This document shows, in pieces, positions 62,656 through 64,000 of a stretch of DNA of 64,000 bases (position 1 is its first letter; every line of letters starts with the position of its first letter). The notes beneath the pieces are model-generated. The model was not told the origin of the DNA and ran no database searches. It was given only the letters and a program-made list of their open reading frames with translations. The translations under genes were made by a program, and so were the position numbers. The stretch comes from Pseudomonadota bacterium (GTDB lineage Bacteria > Pseudomonadota > Gammaproteobacteria > Pseudomonadales > Oleiphilaceae): NCBI GenBank assembly GCA_002747395.1, contig PDPE01000031.1:37812-101811 (forward strand), written 5' to 3'.

Positions 62656-64000
62656 TTAAATTCTATCGACAAGGTGGAGGTTATCCAGCGCCCTGATCGC
62701 CCCGGTTGATTGGTCGCCGGGCACGTTGATTTCAATGAGTGTGCACCCGCGGTGCTCAAACGCCTGTTGATATCGGTGTGCAAACTCCCCGAGGCTGCGG
62801 GGCTGATGATAATGGATGGAGAACATGGCGCAGGCACCTTTGAATGTCAAGCCGTGAGGGCATTGAAAAAAGGTTTTCTTAACTTCAGGCAGGGAATCAA
62901 CGGGTAACAGATTGAAAATTGACCCGCCATCGTTATTCAATACCACAATAACCACAGGGGTTGTCAGCCTGCCGGTCATGGCCAGGGAGTTCAGATCGTG
63001 TAGCAGAGACAGGTCGCCAATTAACAGGGTCAGCCCTTCGGGGTGGTGAGCGGCGCAGCCCAGTGCCGAAGCCAGCAGGCCGTCAATACCGCTGGCACCC
63101 CGGTTACTGTACACCGGATTGCCGTGACCTGGCGTGGCCAGCATGTCTGCCAGCCGGATGGACAGGCTGTTACCGACAAACAGTGCCGAGTCTTCGGGTA
63201 TGGACTCCGAGAGTTTTTTTACCACTGTCAGCTCGTTGAATTTCTGTGCCAGGTGCCGGTTCAACAGCCTGCCTGTCGAGGCATTCATTTCAATCAGTGG
63301 TTGTGTGGTCGGGTAGTGATCCGCACCCTGAGTCGCGCAATAGTGGCTGATGGATGACCGGATTTGAGTCGCTTTGCGATGCGGATCCAGATAGCTGTTG
63401 TAAGGGCTGACAATAAGGTACTTACCCTTGAACCGGGCCAGCCACTGGTGTACCCGCTTGCTGGTGATACGGCCTCCGAACTGGATGACTTGTGTGAATT
63501 GATCAAACAGTCGGGTTGCGACCGGACTGGCCAGCAGCAAATCGGCAAAGTGCAGAATGTGGTCGTCGTCAGTCAGTCTTAACTGGCTGCTGATATCGGC
63601 GATAACCGGCCAGTTGGTGCGGTGAGAGAACGCAAGTACGGCCTGGCTTTCAGCCGGGGTGAGCCCTCCGGCGATGATAAGCCCGGGTTTGCACCATTCC
63701 ATAACCGAACCTGAAACCGGTGCTTGTGGTTCGGGTCTGTCAGTCCCTGATGCCATTTGCAGGCCGTCCAGGTAGCCTGAATGATTTTCCTGCCCCGAGG
63801 TGTTGTACAGGGGTTCCCGATAAGGGCAATTGATATGAACCGGGCCGGGGTCGCCTTCACCGATCAGGCCAAGCGCCTGTTTTACGGCCAGGCTGACGGT
63901 ATTGACCAGTTGTTGTGCCGGAATGGCTGTTGAGGGTAAATCCAGTTGTTGAGAGAAAACCGTGTTCAGGTCAAACAGTTTTTCCTGTTTAATGGCCTGG
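62656..64000 (-). CDS. menD: SEPHCHC synthase MenD (N-terminus beyond the window end)
   Basis: My manual translation shows the frame stays open from 63756 up to base 64000 (..GPVHINCPYREPLY..). ThDP motif LIGDLSLLHDLNSL...NNDGGSIF. The track lists only the part from the first Met. Confidence 0.92.
   Translation of the reverse strand, partial: QAIKQEKLFDLNTVFSQQLDLPSTAIPAQQLVNTVSLAVKQALGLIGEGDPGPVHINCPYREPLYNTSGQENHSGYLDGLQMASGTDRPEPQAPVSGSVMEWCKPGLIIAGGLTPAESQAVLAFSHRTNWPVIADISSQLRLTDDDHILHFADLLLASPVATRLFDQFTQVIQFGGRITSKRVHQWLARFKGKYLIVSPYNSYLDPHRKATQIRSSISHYCATQGADHYPTTQPLIEMNASTGRLLNRHLAQKFNELTVVKKLSESIPEDSALFVGNSLSIRLADMLATPGHGNPVYSNRGASGIDGLLASALGCAAHHPEGLTLLIGDLSLLHDLNSLAMTGRLTTPVVIVVLNNDGGSIFNLLPVDSLPEVKKTFFQCPHGLTFKGACAMFSIHYHQPRSLGEFAHRYQQAFEHRGCTLIEINVPGDQSTGAIRALDNLHLVDRI

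Noticed and set aside
62641-62656. menH is absent between menD and menB (the E. coli order is menD-menH-menB-menC-menE).
   Set aside because: menH is frequently encoded elsewhere in other bacteria. The tight menD-menB junction shows no sign of a deletion scar, so this is ordinary variation.

Overview
This 64-kb window comes from a gammaproteobacterial chromosome and is almost entirely conserved housekeeping genes in familiar syntenic blocks. In order these are: secA(partial)-argJ-mutT-ribA; dxs-ispA-xseB next to the Na+-type stator genes pomAB, as in Vibrio and Shewanella; lgt-thyA; smpB / rnfH / bamE / fur / recN; and grpE-dnaK-dnaJ-dapB-carAB-greA. The enteric/Pseudomonas-like run follows: yhbY / rlmE-ftsH-folP-glmM-tpiA-secG-tRNA-Leu(GAG)-rimP-nusA-infB-rbfA-truB-rpsO-pnp. 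After it come livJHMGF (minus strand), aceEF, and menD(partial)-menB-menC-menE (minus strand). I see no CRISPR array, no rRNA, no prophage and no obvious multi-gene defence island. The only clearly accessory DNA is a 1.7-kb A+T-richer insertion between the convergent ribA and dxs genes. It is bounded by 39-bp terminal inverted repeats (37/39 match) and a 5-bp direct duplication (TTGTA). It carries an orphan Cys-rich lipoprotein gene, a serine-recombinase C-terminal remnant and a vapD toxin gene with a small upstream partner ORF. It has no transposase, so I read it as a decayed or non-autonomous Tn3-family-like element. Three other points deserve a second look. A PilZ-domain gene with widely split c-di-GMP motifs is translationally packed behind pomB. 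A five-copy 17-bp tandem array of UCAGGAAAG-type (GGA) motifs forms the leader of a TauE/SafE permease gene. Short-period (11-18 bp) tandem repeats recur in many intergenic spacers. Several ORF-track starts are N-terminally over-extended and were trimmed using homolog N-termini and Shine-Dalgarno (SD) positions. All family assignments are by eye from motifs and synteny; no searches were run.
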